Notes: generated by a model not told the origin, from the sequence alone. Counted from the first letter of the stretch, positions 19,935-31,036 are shown. The stretch: 64,000 bases of DNA from an uncultured candidate division Zixibacteria bacterium (GCA_963668625.2 CAXXKA010000005.1:96001-160000), one strand, 5' to 3'. Made by a program: numbers and translations.

Positions 19935-20542
19935 ATTACCTCTACTGGTTCTGCCATCACACGATTAACCTGTATATGAAAACTCTTTGCCGGTTAAAGC
20001 TCACCGGTACGGAAAACATCCCGATGCAGGGGGGACTGATAATCGCCTCCAATCATATAGCAGGAGCCGATCCGTTTTTGCTGGGTTCTGCTGTTCCTCG
20101 AGAGTTATGGTATATGGCAAAAAAAGAGCTGTTTGAGGTGCCGATACAGGGGCCGTTAATAGCAAAGGTCAATGCCTTCCCGGTGGATAGGTTCGGGTTC
20201 GATCTCGATGTAATCAAAACCTCGATATCGCTTCTTAAAGAGGGCAAACCCCTGATCATGTTTCCCGAGGGTACCCGTTCGAAAGATGGCGTAATCAAGG
20301 AGGGCAAAATCGGGGTAGGGATGCTGGCTCGCAAAGCCGGTGTGCCGATAGTCCCGGCGTATCTGGAAAATACTCGCAAGGCCTGGTGGAATCTGTTCAA
20401 GGGTAAAAGAATGATTACCCGTTTCGGCGAAATCATAGATGCCGACTGGATAAACAGCCGCCCTAAAAACAAAGATGGCTACAAAGAAATCACCGATCTC
20501 TTGATGGAACGCATAAGAGATTTGCAGAATTCCAAAACGTGA
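19913..20542 (+). CDS. plsC: 1-acyl-sn-glycerol-3-phosphate acyltransferase
   Basis: SNHIAGAD (HxxxxD), FPEGTRS. Confidence 0.9.
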   Translation: MSSKNKVNYLYWFCHHTINLYMKTLCRLKLTGTENIPMQGGLIIASNHIAGADPFLLGSAVPRELWYMAKKELFEVPIQGPLIAKVNAFPVDRFGFDLDVIKTSISLLKEGKPLIMFPEGTRSKDGVIKEGKIGVGMLARKAGVPIVPAYLENTRKAWWNLFKGKRMITRFGEIIDADWINSRPKNKDGYKEITDLLMERIRDLQNSKT

Positions 20543-20705
20543 TTCCTTTTGCAGTAATCATATTTATAATCAATAATATCCAAAATAATTCTTGACAAAA
20601 AGCTTGTATATTACATATAAGCTTGATTAGTAATGTAACTTGGTTTTAGTCCTCATATTCTGTCATCTTGTTTTGGGTTAACGTAAACAAACAAAAGGAG
20701 AATAT

Positions 20706-22214
20706 ATGTTTAAAAAAACGCTTATTCCTATAGCGGTATTCATTATTCTATTAGTATCATTGGCTGAAGCACAAACGACATATTATGTGGGGCCAACTAG
20801 ATACTACACCTCTATCGGTGATGCTATTGCCGTGTGCTCTGACGGTGATAAAATCGAAATCGATGATGCTACTTATAACGAATATGACTTACATGTTGAG
20901 GTAGACCTGGAGATAGAGGGTAATATATCTTACCCCGGTTCGGTGATCATCGAAACTAACTCTAATGGCCGTGGAATCTTAGTTGATAGCATAGATGAAT
21001 TCAGTATCCGGGGTGTGACAATTAGAAACGGTGTAGGACCTATATCTATCGGTGGTGGCGCTATTTATTTTTACAATGTCGAATCGGCAATTGTTGAAAA
21101 TTGCCGTTTTATCGATAATTATTCACCTTACGATGGTGGCGCTATCTGTACCCACACCGCTGGATCACTTGTGCTCGATAGTTGCTATTTTTATCTGAAC
21201 GAAGCTAATGCCTCGGGCGGCGCTGTTTGCTTAATGGGAACTTATACTTCGTATGAAGTTGAGATATTTGATAACTACCTCGAGTATAATGTCTCGAATG
21301 AAGCCGGCGGCGCTTTATACCTGGAAACCGGCGGTAATGCTACTGTTTCTCGAAATCAGTTGTATAACAATTCCAATGTTGATGGTGGCGGATCATCCGC
21401 GATGGGTGGCGGCGCTATTTATTGCCCCGGTTACGACACTATCGAGGACAACTACATTTTCAATAACACATCCGAGGGCTATGGTGGCGGTATGTATGTG
21501 CATGGCCTGACGGTAGCCGAGGGTAATCTGATATGCAATAATACCGGGGAAAACGGCGGTGGCGTTACTATAGCTGGTACCGGCGGTAATTTTGATGGTA
21601 ATACAATCTATGGGAATACCGCTACTATTGAAGGTGGCGGAATATTCGTCGAGATGTACGGCGATGTGGATATCATCAATACGATCGTCTGGGACAACTC
21701 GCCCGATCAAATCGATGATGACGATGGCAATTTGGATGCCACATATTGCGATATAGGAGGTGGCTGGGCCGGTACGGGTAATATAGATCACGATCCTGCG
21801 TGCTGTGCCCCTGACTACGACGAGTTTTCGATAAGTTCATCCTCCTGCTGCTATCAAACAGGCTATAATGGCGTTAATATAGGCGCTCTTGGAGTAGGTT
21901 GTTCCAGTTATGAGTACCTGCTGGGTGATGCCAGCATGTACGCCACTTCCTGGCCGCCTTCCCTAACTGGTGGGGATGCCACCTACCTGCTGTATTATTT
22001 CTATGGAAGTAATGAAGCGTGCGAAATCGATGGCATATGGCTTTCTGCTGATGTTAATGCTAGTTGCAGCGTTACGATGGCTGACATTACTGTGCTCACT
22101 AACTACTTCAGAGGTTTGGCTGAATTGAAATACTGCCCATATCGTCCACCCTTATGGTTCGACGAGGGTGATTTGCCGGGATCGGCGCCGGCCGGCTGGC
22201 CCAATTGCGAATAG
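20706..22214 (+). CDS. Secreted right-handed beta-helix protein with a dockerin-like C-terminal domain
   Basis: Signal peptide; GGAI/GGGI..N repeats; C-terminal LGDASM..GGDATYL..ADVNASCSVTMADITVLTNYFRG..PAGWPNCE. Confidence 0.8.
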   Translation: MFKKTLIPIAVFIILLVSLAEAQTTYYVGPTRYYTSIGDAIAVCSDGDKIEIDDATYNEYDLHVEVDLEIEGNISYPGSVIIETNSNGRGILVDSIDEFSIRGVTIRNGVGPISIGGGAIYFYNVESAIVENCRFIDNYSPYDGGAICTHTAGSLVLDSCYFYLNEANASGGAVCLMGTYTSYEVEIFDNYLEYNVSNEAGGALYLETGGNATVSRNQLYNNSNVDGGGSSAMGGGAIYCPGYDTIEDNYIFNNTSEGYGGGMYVHGLTVAEGNLICNNTGENGGGVTIAGTGGNFDGNTIYGNTATIEGGGIFVEMYGDVDIINTIVWDNSPDQIDDDDGNLDATYCDIGGGWAGTGNIDHDPACCAPDYDEFSISSSSCCYQTGYNGVNIGALGVGCSSYEYLLGDASMYATSWPPSLTGGDATYLLYYFYGSNEACEIDGIWLSADVNASCSVTMADITVLTNYFRGLAELKYCPYRPPLWFDEGDLPGSAPAGWPNCE

Positions 22215-22246
22215 TATTTTAATCATCATGGCTTAAATGACTTTAT

Positions 22247-22282
22247 AGTGGGATGGTAAAATGCCATCCCGCTTTATTTTTA
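22247..22282 (+). terminator. Intrinsic terminator
   Basis: AGTGGGATGGTA-aaa-TGCCATCCCGCT followed by a T-rich tract. Confidence 0.7.
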
Positions 22283-22340
22283 TAGTTTCTGTATAAATTA
22301 TTCATCCTACCAAACCTGCCTTTGTAAGGCTGACTTCTCC

Positions 22341-22428
22341 CTGATTTCCAAGCGCTGTTTGGAAATCTTCTCGAATCGTAGTATACCGGCAGGCAGGCCA
22401 CATTGCGAAGCAGCGCTTCGCAACGAGA
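22341..22428. repeat. Inverted copy of the 12576-12673 double-hairpin repeat
   Basis: TTTCCAAGCGCTGTTTGGAAA ... TTGCGAAGCAGCGCTTCGCAACGAGA. Confidence 0.75.
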
Positions 22429-22741
22429 CGGAATGGCCGCATAGATCGGTCGGTGTTGGTTTTCTATTATGTGGCTGGCGGATGTCCTGATACTGTTCCA
22501 AAAGACACGTGGTTGGGGTACGTCCTTGCTTGTCCAGGCGGTGATCCAACTGGTCTGCTTGCTACTGAAACTGTCACCGGTTGTAGTTATTTGTATATTA
22601 TACTATACGTATATTTTTCGCGAACCCATTCTCATATTAATTTAAATAGATATTGATTCGATCATTATCAGGTCGTATTATTATCGAAATTGAACATTTA
22701 TATTCACTGGGGAAATATCAATAATCAAACGGAGGGTTTCC

Positions 22742-23188
22742 ATGAAAAAGTATTTTATAGCCGCCTTGATTCTAGTGCTCGGAACGCTTTTCATCGGCCA
22801 AAAATTAGCGGTAAGCCAAACGGAGATGCATAACGGCGATGGCATGCTAATTCACATCAGTTGCGGTCCTGATGACGCTCACCGTGTACTCATGGCGCTT
22901 CAGATGGCGCGTATGATGTCGGCTGATAAGAAGGTACTGGTCTATCTCGATATCGAGGCCGTGAATATCGTTTTGAAAAATGCCAAGGATATAATGCATC
23001 CGGCGTTTCCCACCGCGCAAACCCAGATTCAATACCTGCTTCAACATGATGTGCCTATAATGGCATGTCCGGGATGTCTGAGGGCGGCAGGCAAAACTAA
23101 GGCTGATTTGATGGAGGGGATACAAGTCGCATACAAGGATGCTTTCTATAATTTCGCCGAGGGTAAAGTAATCACATTGGATTATTAA
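22742..23188 (+). CDS. DsrE/DsrF-like family protein with signal peptide
   Basis: VLVYLDIEAV, IMACPGCL, KVITLDY. Confidence 0.75.
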   Translation: MKKYFIAALILVLGTLFIGQKLAVSQTEMHNGDGMLIHISCGPDDAHRVLMALQMARMMSADKKVLVYLDIEAVNIVLKNAKDIMHPAFPTAQTQIQYLLQHDVPIMACPGCLRAAGKTKADLMEGIQVAYKDAFYNFAEGKVITLDY

Positions 23189-23518
23189 ACCAACGGGCTA
23201 ATCCTAATCTTATATTAATTCGAAAGCAAGTCGGGTTAGGATTATACCTTTTAGTCCGATGTATTAGTGATTTGCAAATATAAGGTAGAGGCTTGAAGTC
23301 AGTTAGCTTTTATCATGAAATAACTATTTAAACAAATACACAATAAGTCCAAAATCAACACTATAATCATTTTTCAATTGCCTAATTTAAATGAAACCGT
23401 TATAAACCTGTAGCATTTAACAATTAGGATGGCAGGTTACGTAAATAGCCTGTTCTTTTATTATGAACTTATAACGAAGTTTAACACATCTCTGCCGATA
23501 CTTAGATAAAAGGAATAA

Positions 23519-23941
23519 TTGATGAAATACAGAGAGACAAAAAACGGCTATTTCCTGAAAGTGGAAAAAGGCGAGGAAATTGTCCAAACATTATTGGATT
23601 TTATTGCCAAACTTAAAATCCCCTCCGGCACTATTAGCGGAATAGGCGCCCTTGAAAATGTCGAACTGGGCTATTTTAATACCGAGACGAAAGAATATCG
23701 GCATAGTGATTTTGATGGTGTTTTCGAGTTGCTTTCATTGGCGGGAAATATCGCTTGGCTTGACGGTAAACCGGTGGCCCATGTTCATTGTATGATAGGA
23801 GACGCTAACTACAATGTAAAAGGCGGCCATCTTTTTAGCGGTATCGTGGCTGTAACCGGCGAGATTTATATGCAAACATTTACAGATAAATTCACCCGGG
23901 CTAAAGATCCCGAATTAGAACTAAACCTGTTGGATTTCTAA
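23519..23941 (+). CDS. PPC/DUF296 domain protein
   Basis: GIGAL..LGYF, ELLSLAGNI, AHVH, GGHL. Confidence 0.85.
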   Translation: MMKYRETKNGYFLKVEKGEEIVQTLLDFIAKLKIPSGTISGIGALENVELGYFNTETKEYRHSDFDGVFELLSLAGNIAWLDGKPVAHVHCMIGDANYNVKGGHLFSGIVAVTGEIYMQTFTDKFTRAKDPELELNLLDF

Positions 23942-23942
23942 A

Positions 23943-24731
23943 ATGAAAAGAATAATCACCCTGATAACAGATTTCCGGACAACCGATGGCTATATGGGCG
24001 CTGTTTACGGCGTTATTAAGTCCATTACCCCCGATTCTGAGATCGTGACAATTTCACACAATATCCCTCCGGAGGATATCCGTAAAGCCTCCCGAGCGCT
24101 AAAAAACAGTTATCAGTTCTATCCTGAGGGTACAATACATATGGTCGTTGTCGATCCTACAGTCGGTCCTCACCGCCGAGGATTGATAGTTTATGATGGT
24201 GATTATTATTTCGTAGGGCCTGATAACGGTGTTTTCACAGCCGTTTATAAAAAGGCTACCGATTTCCACTGTTATCAGATTTCCAATGATAAATACCGCC
24301 TTTCCTCGCAATCCGAAACATTTCATGGCCGGGATATATTTGCGCCGACGGCTGCTTATATAGCCAGAGGCGTGCCGCCAGAGGAATTTGGGCCGCAGGT
24401 TGATGATCCGGTAATGCTTAAAGATCCCGAACCGGAGAAGATAGGGGATGAGATATACGGCAAAATAGTCGACATTGACGCGTTCGGTAACCTGGTTACT
24501 AACATTCCCGCCGATTTCATTCATTCTAGCGTAAGAATATGCGTTTGCGGACATAAAATTGAGGGATTACAGAAAAGCTACAATGATGTCCCTGAAAAGC
24601 AGCCGCTGGCTTATATCGGCTCAATCGGTCATTTGGAGATAGCTATCAATCGTGGAAACGCCGCTAATTTCTTTGGCGCGCTGTTATTCGATGAGGTAAA
24701 AGTACTGGATGTTGAACCTGACTCCAACTAA
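23943..24731 (+). CDS. SAM hydroxide adenosyltransferase / fluorinase-like (DUF62)
   Basis: ITLITDF, VVDPTVG, GPDNG, TFHGRDIFAP, IDAFGNLVTNI. Confidence 0.9.
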   Translation: MKRIITLITDFRTTDGYMGAVYGVIKSITPDSEIVTISHNIPPEDIRKASRALKNSYQFYPEGTIHMVVVDPTVGPHRRGLIVYDGDYYFVGPDNGVFTAVYKKATDFHCYQISNDKYRLSSQSETFHGRDIFAPTAAYIARGVPPEEFGPQVDDPVMLKDPEPEKIGDEIYGKIVDIDAFGNLVTNIPADFIHSSVRICVCGHKIEGLQKSYNDVPEKQPLAYIGSIGHLEIAINRGNAANFFGALLFDEVKVLDVEPDSN

Positions 24732-24739
24732 GATGTAGT

Positions 24740-25510
24740 ATGTCTGAGGAATCGTTTTTAAAAGATTTTGGCGAGGCTCCATTTTTAGACCATTTGGAAG
24801 AACTTCGCTGGAGACTGATTAAATCCATAATTGCTATAATAGTTGGCGCATTTGTCGCGTTTTACTATTCCGATTTCCTTTTCAATGCCTTATGGTACCC
24901 GTTGAAACAAGCCGTTCCCGAGTTAAAAATACACTATTTCAAGGTAACCGAGGGATTTATCACGAGAATTAAACTGGCGATCATCTCCGGTGCCGCAGTG
25001 GCCTCGCCGATTATATTCTATCAAGCCTGGAAATTTATCATTCCCGGTTTATATGAAAAAGAGATAAAAGTCATCATTCCCATCGTGGCCGCCTCAACTG
25101 CATTCTTTTTCACAGGTACTACATTTTGCTATTTTATCCTTCTACCGTACGGATTACAGTTTTTCTACACTCAAACCCCCGAGGGGGTAGAGGCTACGCT
25201 CATGATGAGCGACTACCTTGGTTTCGTTATGATGCTTCTATTGGCTTTCGGGGCGGTGTTCCAATTGCCTGTTGTTTCGTTCTTTTTCGGTCGAATTGGG
25301 CTTATTTCCTCGGATTTTCTGGCGAAAGGAAGGCGATACGCCGTAATTGCCATTGCCGCCCTGGCGGCTTTTATAACCCCACCGGATATTATCAGTCAGG
25401 TTGGAATAGGGGTACCATTATATATATTGTATGAAATCTCGATCATAATAGTCAGGTTGACGGGCCGAGCGGAAAAACCCAAAAAAGATAAAGAAAATCT
25501 TTCAGGCTGA
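24740..25510 (+). CDS. tatC: Twin-arginine translocase subunit TatC
   Basis: FLDHLEELRWRL, FIIPGLYEKE, ITPPDIISQ. Confidence 0.95.
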   Translation: MSEESFLKDFGEAPFLDHLEELRWRLIKSIIAIIVGAFVAFYYSDFLFNALWYPLKQAVPELKIHYFKVTEGFITRIKLAIISGAAVASPIIFYQAWKFIIPGLYEKEIKVIIPIVAASTAFFFTGTTFCYFILLPYGLQFFYTQTPEGVEATLMMSDYLGFVMMLLLAFGAVFQLPVVSFFFGRIGLISSDFLAKGRRYAVIAIAALAAFITPPDIISQVGIGVPLYILYEISIIIVRLTGRAEKPKKDKENLSG

Positions 25511-25700
25511 TGGTAAAGTATTATTTTATATAAAGATAGACGGATAATTGCAATTCAGTTCCAAATTCGGTAGATGTTTTGCTATACAATATTATATAAA
25601 TAAGGGAATAAGCTTGTGTTAACTCGCTATATATATTAAGCGGGCGTTGGAACAGAAGCTATAATGATTTTGTTATTAAGGAAAGAGAAAGCGGTACAAC

Positions 25701-28490
25701 ATGAGAAAACTATATTTATTTGCTTTTATCTTCGCCTTACTACCTTCATTGGCAATTGGCCAATACTATTTCGGGCAGAATAAAGTACAGTATACCGATT
25801 TCGATTGGCAGGTATTGAAAACCGATAATTTCGATGTCTATTTCTATCCTGAAGAAGAGCAAATCGCTCAGGTAGCGGCTAAGATGGCGGAGGATAGTTA
25901 TGTTCACCACGTCGAAAAATTCAATCATGTTATAGACAAGAAAATCCCGCTCATAATCTACAGTTCCCCGACATTCTTCTATCAGACTAATGTCACGCCT
26001 TACCTGTTGCCTGAGGGTGTCGCCGGTTTTACCGAATATTTCAAAGAGCGCGTGGTCGTACATTATCATGGTTCACACGAGGATCTTCAGAAACTGATAC
26101 AGCACGAGTTGACACACGTATTCCAGATGAATAAAGTTACCTATGTCTGCCGGGCTCATCGCAAACGTAATCCGCCTCGCCCGCCGCTGTGGTTCACCGA
26201 AGGCCTGGCCGAGTACTGGTCTGAGGGCTGGAGTACCGAGGCCGATATGGTTATCCGGGATATGGTGATATCCGGCAATATAGTGCCTTTCGAAAGGCTT
26301 TACACTATCAGCGGTTCTTATTTCATGTATAAAGTAGGTCAGTCGATTTGCCAATTCATGTCCGAAACATACGGCGATGATAAACTGACGCTCTTATACG
26401 AGAACTGGTGGAAAGAACCATCATTCGATTTGCTGGTGAAAAACACTTATGGCGTACCTCTGGCCGAAATCGGAAAGCAATGGGAATATTATCTAAAGAA
26501 AAAATATTATCCTCATCTCGAGGACCAGACGTTACCGGAAAACGTGGCCACTAAACTGACCGTTAAAAGTTATAATGTCAAGCCCACTGTTTTCACCAAC
26601 CTGAATGACAACGGCGAGGAACGGCAGTTCGTGGCTTTCAAAACTTATCGTATGGGATACACCAATATTGCCTTGATGCCGCTAAGCGGTGAGAATTCCG
26701 GCTTGAAACGAATTATCAAAGGCCAAAGATCGGCCAAGTTCGAGTCCTTGCACTTTATCGATTCTAAAATAGACGCCTATGATGACGGCCGTTTGACTTT
26801 CGTCTCCAAGAGCCACGAATCCGATGTGTTATACGTATATGATACCAAGGAAAATAAAATAATCGAAAGCTATCGATTCGAGGGCTTGATTAATGTCAGT
26901 TCACCGTCATGGTCACCCGAGGGCGAAAGAATTGCTTTTAGCGGCACCACCATGGATGGCCAAACTGATATATACCTTTACACAATCGAAAGTGATGAGC
27001 TAAAACGTCTGACTGATGATTTCTATTATGATCTAACGCCCACGTTCTCTCATGATGGCAGACATATCGCGTTTAGCTCCGATCGCGACGGCGATAGAGG
27101 TATAAACATATTCTCCTACGATCTACGATCCGGCAGTATCAAGCAACTGACATTCGGTGAAAGCGAAAATCTCTCGCCTCAATGGGCCTCGCAAAACGAT
27201 AGAATGCTTTTCACCTCGGATGTTGAGGGTGTTCCCAATATATACATGATCGATGAGCCGACGGGCGAGGAACCGAAACTCGTACAATTAACAGATTTCG
27301 TGACAGGCGCTTTCGATCCCGAGTTCACCTCGAACGATTCGGCAATCGTATTCAGCGCATACCAGAATAATCGTTACAATATTTACAGTATGGAATTGGA
27401 TTCCGCCCTGGCAATGACCGAACACGAACGCGCCAGTCAGTGGAGTTCCAAAGATAGCTGGAATCCAGAGGTACTGGGCGGCAGCTATATCAAAGGCAAT
27501 GTCAAATATAAAACCAAGCTTTCGTTCGATATCGCTCAATCTGTCATGTCTTATGATGCCGTATTCGGTTCGGTCGGCGGCCTTCAAGGAGCGTTAACCG
27601 ATATGCTGGGTAATCATCAGTATTATTTCCTGGTCTATAACACCGCCGATACGAGAGAGGATTTACTCAATAGTATGAACGCGGCCGTTACCTATATCAA
27701 TCGAAAGAAACGTATAAACTGGGGTTTCGGAGCATTCAGGTTCTACAACGAGTACACCGATGATTACTATGGTTTCTTAAGCGAGCAAACGTTTGGTGGG
27801 CTGTTCCTGGCCAGTTACCCGTTTTCCAGGTACGACCGCATAGAGAGCTCGTTGTATATTCGTGATTACCGCAAAAATACGATTCTCAGCGAAGACCCGA
27901 GTGCACTGGTCGGTACATCGATGCTCTCGTATATCAAGGATACATCTCTGTGGGGACCCAGCGGCCCGATAGATGGTTTCAGGATGCACCTGACACTGGC
28001 CGCCTCGCTTGATTTGAAGAAAGCCAAGTATTATAATTCGCAAATAAATGTTGATATCCGAAAATATTTCCGATTAACCGAATCCTCGGCTTTCGCGGTC
28101 AGGGGGATGTATTTCAGGTCGATGGGCGAGGACCCGCAGCGTTACTATCTAGGTGGTAGCTGGGATTTACGCGGCTATCCAAGGCGTAGTTTCCATGGCA
28201 AAAAACTCGTGCTGTTCAATAACGAGCTGAGATTCCCGCTTATCAACCGCTTGTTTATCGGCTTCCCGTTCGGCGCTATGAATTTCTCGGCTATCCGAGG
28301 CGCTTTGTTTTTCGATGCCGGAAAGGCCTGGGAAGAAGATATGGAAAGATTAGCCGGTAGTTTCGGTTTCGGATTCAGGGTATCGTTGGGATATGTAACA
28401 GTACTACGTTTTGATTTTGCCAGAAGAACCGATTTTAAAACAGTATCAAAGGATTTCGATTTCGACTTTTTCTTTGGTTGGAACTATTAG
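25701..28490 (+). CDS. Omp85/BamA-type barrel fused to an N-terminal gluzincin peptidase domain and PD40/TolB-like propeller
   Basis: YFGQNKVQY, HELTH..FTEGLAEY, SPSWSPEG/PTFSHDG repeats, LGGSWDLRGY, ELRFP, FFDAG, SFGFGFR. Confidence 0.85.
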   Translation: MRKLYLFAFIFALLPSLAIGQYYFGQNKVQYTDFDWQVLKTDNFDVYFYPEEEQIAQVAAKMAEDSYVHHVEKFNHVIDKKIPLIIYSSPTFFYQTNVTPYLLPEGVAGFTEYFKERVVVHYHGSHEDLQKLIQHELTHVFQMNKVTYVCRAHRKRNPPRPPLWFTEGLAEYWSEGWSTEADMVIRDMVISGNIVPFERLYTISGSYFMYKVGQSICQFMSETYGDDKLTLLYENWWKEPSFDLLVKNTYGVPLAEIGKQWEYYLKKKYYPHLEDQTLPENVATKLTVKSYNVKPTVFTNLNDNGEERQFVAFKTYRMGYTNIALMPLSGENSGLKRIIKGQRSAKFESLHFIDSKIDAYDDGRLTFVSKSHESDVLYVYDTKENKIIESYRFEGLINVSSPSWSPEGERIAFSGTTMDGQTDIYLYTIESDELKRLTDDFYYDLTPTFSHDGRHIAFSSDRDGDRGINIFSYDLRSGSIKQLTFGESENLSPQWASQNDRMLFTSDVEGVPNIYMIDEPTGEEPKLVQLTDFVTGAFDPEFTSNDSAIVFSAYQNNRYNIYSMELDSALAMTEHERASQWSSKDSWNPEVLGGSYIKGNVKYKTKLSFDIAQSVMSYDAVFGSVGGLQGALTDMLGNHQYYFLVYNTADTREDLLNSMNAAVTYINRKKRINWGFGAFRFYNEYTDDYYGFLSEQTFGGLFLASYPFSRYDRIESSLYIRDYRKNTILSEDPSALVGTSMLSYIKDTSLWGPSGPIDGFRMHLTLAASLDLKKAKYYNSQINVDIRKYFRLTESSAFAVRGMYFRSMGEDPQRYYLGGSWDLRGYPRRSFHGKKLVLFNNELRFPLINRLFIGFPFGAMNFSAIRGALFFDAGKAWEEDMERLAGSFGFGFRVSLGYVTVLRFDFARRTDFKTVSKDFDFDFFFGWNY

Positions 28491-28496
28491 GGAATT

Positions 28497-29639
28497 ATGA
28501 AAACAAATAGCCTGGTGTTTATGGGAGGGGTGCTGGGCGCGCTGTTAGCAGGGTGTAGCAACAGTCATCCCCCGTTGGAAATTGCCCCGGAAAAATCGGA
28601 GATGTATGCCGGTTATAAAGGGGATGCTACCAGAAGCGGATATACCGATTCTGATAACGATATTGAATTTCAGCCGTTATGGCAGATTAAATTCCGTCGG
28701 CCGCTTTTCTACGAGCCGGCCATGGCGGCCAACTATGCTTTTCAGCCAACCTCCGATCAAAAAATACATGTGATCGACATTAATACGGGCGAGGAAGTTG
28801 CCGAAATTAAAATCAAGCGCGATATCGGCACTACGCCTGAACTTTTCGGACAATACATGGCCGTGTGCGAGGAAGGCGAACGCAACGAACTCGTAATATT
28901 CGATTATATCGAGGGACGTTTAGTCTGGAAGGCCAGAACCTATCGTGTTTGCCTTCAGCCGTTGCTCTATGATAACAATATATTCTGGGTTGACGGCAGG
29001 AATCGGTTGAACGCCGCCCGGCTGGAAAACGGCGAGGAAGTTTGGTCTAAAAAGATATTCACCGGCATGGATACCGCCCCCATACTCTGTGGCGAAAATA
29101 TTTATGTAACCAGCCGAGATAGTATTATTTACTGCTTAAATCCCGAGGACGGCAAAATAGTCTGGAGAAAAAAGGGGTTGGGTCGAACTAACTCGAGCCC
29201 GGCCTGTTTCGATTCCAGCCTCTATATATGTAATTCGAGCGGTACGGTCGCCGCCTATAATGCCAATAACGGCGATCTTCTATGGAGCCATGAAAACGGC
29301 TCAAGACTTTTCTACTCACCCTCGGTGGATTCACAGGGTGTTTATTTTGGGACAGGCAACAACCGGTTTGTCAAGCTTGACAGGTTCAGCGGTGAAGTTA
29401 TCTGGGAATACAACGCCGGTTCGCCGGTACGGGGCACCGCTATTATCAATACCAAGGCGGCGGTATTTACCAGTATCGATTATACCGTTTACGTCCTCGA
29501 TAAGTTCACGGGACGGCCGATAACAAGTTATGTGGCGGGCGCAGCGATCAGCGCTTCGCCGGTGCTTTACGACAACAAGCTTTTCATCGCAGCCCAGGAT
29601 AAATCCTTGAACTGTTTTTCACTGGAAGGGGAAGAGTGA
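28497..29639 (+). CDS. PQQ-like beta-propeller lipoprotein (BamB-like)
   Basis: Lipobox LAGC; repeated xxTG/DG.xxW and SSP motifs. Confidence 0.8.
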   Translation: MKTNSLVFMGGVLGALLAGCSNSHPPLEIAPEKSEMYAGYKGDATRSGYTDSDNDIEFQPLWQIKFRRPLFYEPAMAANYAFQPTSDQKIHVIDINTGEEVAEIKIKRDIGTTPELFGQYMAVCEEGERNELVIFDYIEGRLVWKARTYRVCLQPLLYDNNIFWVDGRNRLNAARLENGEEVWSKKIFTGMDTAPILCGENIYVTSRDSIIYCLNPEDGKIVWRKKGLGRTNSSPACFDSSLYICNSSGTVAAYNANNGDLLWSHENGSRLFYSPSVDSQGVYFGTGNNRFVKLDRFSGEVIWEYNAGSPVRGTAIINTKAAVFTSIDYTVYVLDKFTGRPITSYVAGAAISASPVLYDNKLFIAAQDKSLNCFSLEGEE

Positions 29640-31036
29640 GGAAACCATCAATCGAGTTATCTCCTAAAGATATCGATATAAAACAAATGTCGCTGGATAT
29701 CCTGCGCGATCTCTATTCGGCGTCACGCAAACTGATGATGTATCCGATCGATCATCCTGTTACCAACGAGACATTGAAAAAACCGTTGGCGACTTTGAAC
29801 GACTTGTTTACATTTAAACGGTCTTTCGTAATAAATATGTATAACAATCGCCTGGCAGCCGAAGGTCTTCTGTTGGAGGATGCCGTATACGTGAACGGCA
29901 TGATTCAGGATTTGTCCAGGCACGATATCCAATCGGTGGCATTCGAATATAATGTCACGCCGGGTGATCTGTTCAATTTCCTAACCAGACTGATCGAATC
30001 TAAAAATCCGATAAATGACTATATCGAAAACAGCCTGAAAAAAATGAATATTAAAACGATTCATATCAATGATGATTCATCCTCGACATTGTTCAATTTC
30101 AACGATACCGTAATCGGCAATCAAAACTTCGACTATCGCCTTCATGGCAGACTGATAGAAATAATCAAAAGCAACCCGGATGCCATACTGGGTTATTACC
30201 ATGATATTATCAAATATGATGATGATATCAAAATGTCCCTGGGGATAGACCTTCGCTATAATAGTTTGAAAAACATATTTCCAGAAACTCTGGCCGCCAT
30301 GGATGAGGACAACGTGCTTGATCTTTTCCAGAAAGCATTATATTCCTCGGATTGGCTGGATGAGAGTATCGATAGCAGAAAACTCAAAGGTATCAGCAGG
30401 CTCTGGCAGGACTACGCGGCCACCAGCGAGGATGTTTCAATACTTCTGCCGGTATATGTCATATTCAAATCTGTGGGCGTTACCGATGAGCTATTGGAAA
30501 AGATATTCGACCGGGGCGCGCTCATAAAGCTGAAAGCGGTCAGGGATGCCGAGGAGTTTATCGAGTTACTGAAAACCTCTAAAGCCAAAGAGATAAATTT
30601 CGAGCATCTGCGAAAAACCGTTTTCAAGCTTGCTACCGATAGCCACAGTAATCCTTTGGAGAAACTTCTGAAGCAACTTATAAGAGGAGTCACCTCAGAA
30701 GTGCTCGACACCCGTCAAAGATCGCTGCGACTTTCCATAGAGGCCTTGCAGACACTATCCGATGGCTCGTTTTGGGAGATATACAGCGCCTTTATCCGCG
30801 AGGTACTGCGCATTATGCATAAACCCTCAGCCGGCCAGGAGCTGATCGAGTTGATCGGCTGGGTGATAGAGAACTCCGCCGAAAACGGCCGCTGGGAGGA
30901 ATTGAAGATTTGCATTCAGACATTACGGGGATTATCCCGCGAGGAAAACGATATACGAAGCGCGAAAGCCATGAGCAAGCTAAACGAACTGATGGACTCA
31001 TCCATAATGACGGATATACTGACCGATGCCGCGTGA
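29636..31036 (+). CDS. Alpha-helical hypothetical protein (probable N-terminal part of a HEAT-repeat protein)
   Basis: 466-aa ORF with YPxDHP motif; stop codon overlaps a GTG of the next frame. Confidence 0.7.
   Translation: MRKPSIELSPKDIDIKQMSLDILRDLYSASRKLMMYPIDHPVTNETLKKPLATLNDLFTFKRSFVINMYNNRLAAEGLLLEDAVYVNGMIQDLSRHDIQSVAFEYNVTPGDLFNFLTRLIESKNPINDYIENSLKKMNIKTIHINDDSSSTLFNFNDTVIGNQNFDYRLHGRLIEIIKSNPDAILGYYHDIIKYDDDIKMSLGIDLRYNSLKNIFPETLAAMDEDNVLDLFQKALYSSDWLDESIDSRKLKGISRLWQDYAATSEDVSILLPVYVIFKSVGVTDELLEKIFDRGALIKLKAVRDAEEFIELLKTSKAKEINFEHLRKTVFKLATDSHSNPLEKLLKQLIRGVTSEVLDTRQRSLRLSIEALQTLSDGSFWEIYSAFIREVLRIMHKPSAGQELIELIGWVIENSAENGRWEELKICIQTLRGLSREENDIRSAKAMSKLNELMDSSIMTDILTDAA

Noticed and set aside
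19269-20542. cmk-plsC separated from rpsA as evidence of a large insertion
   Set aside because: The intervening 38 kb is mostly housekeeping genes; ordinary rearrangement explains it.
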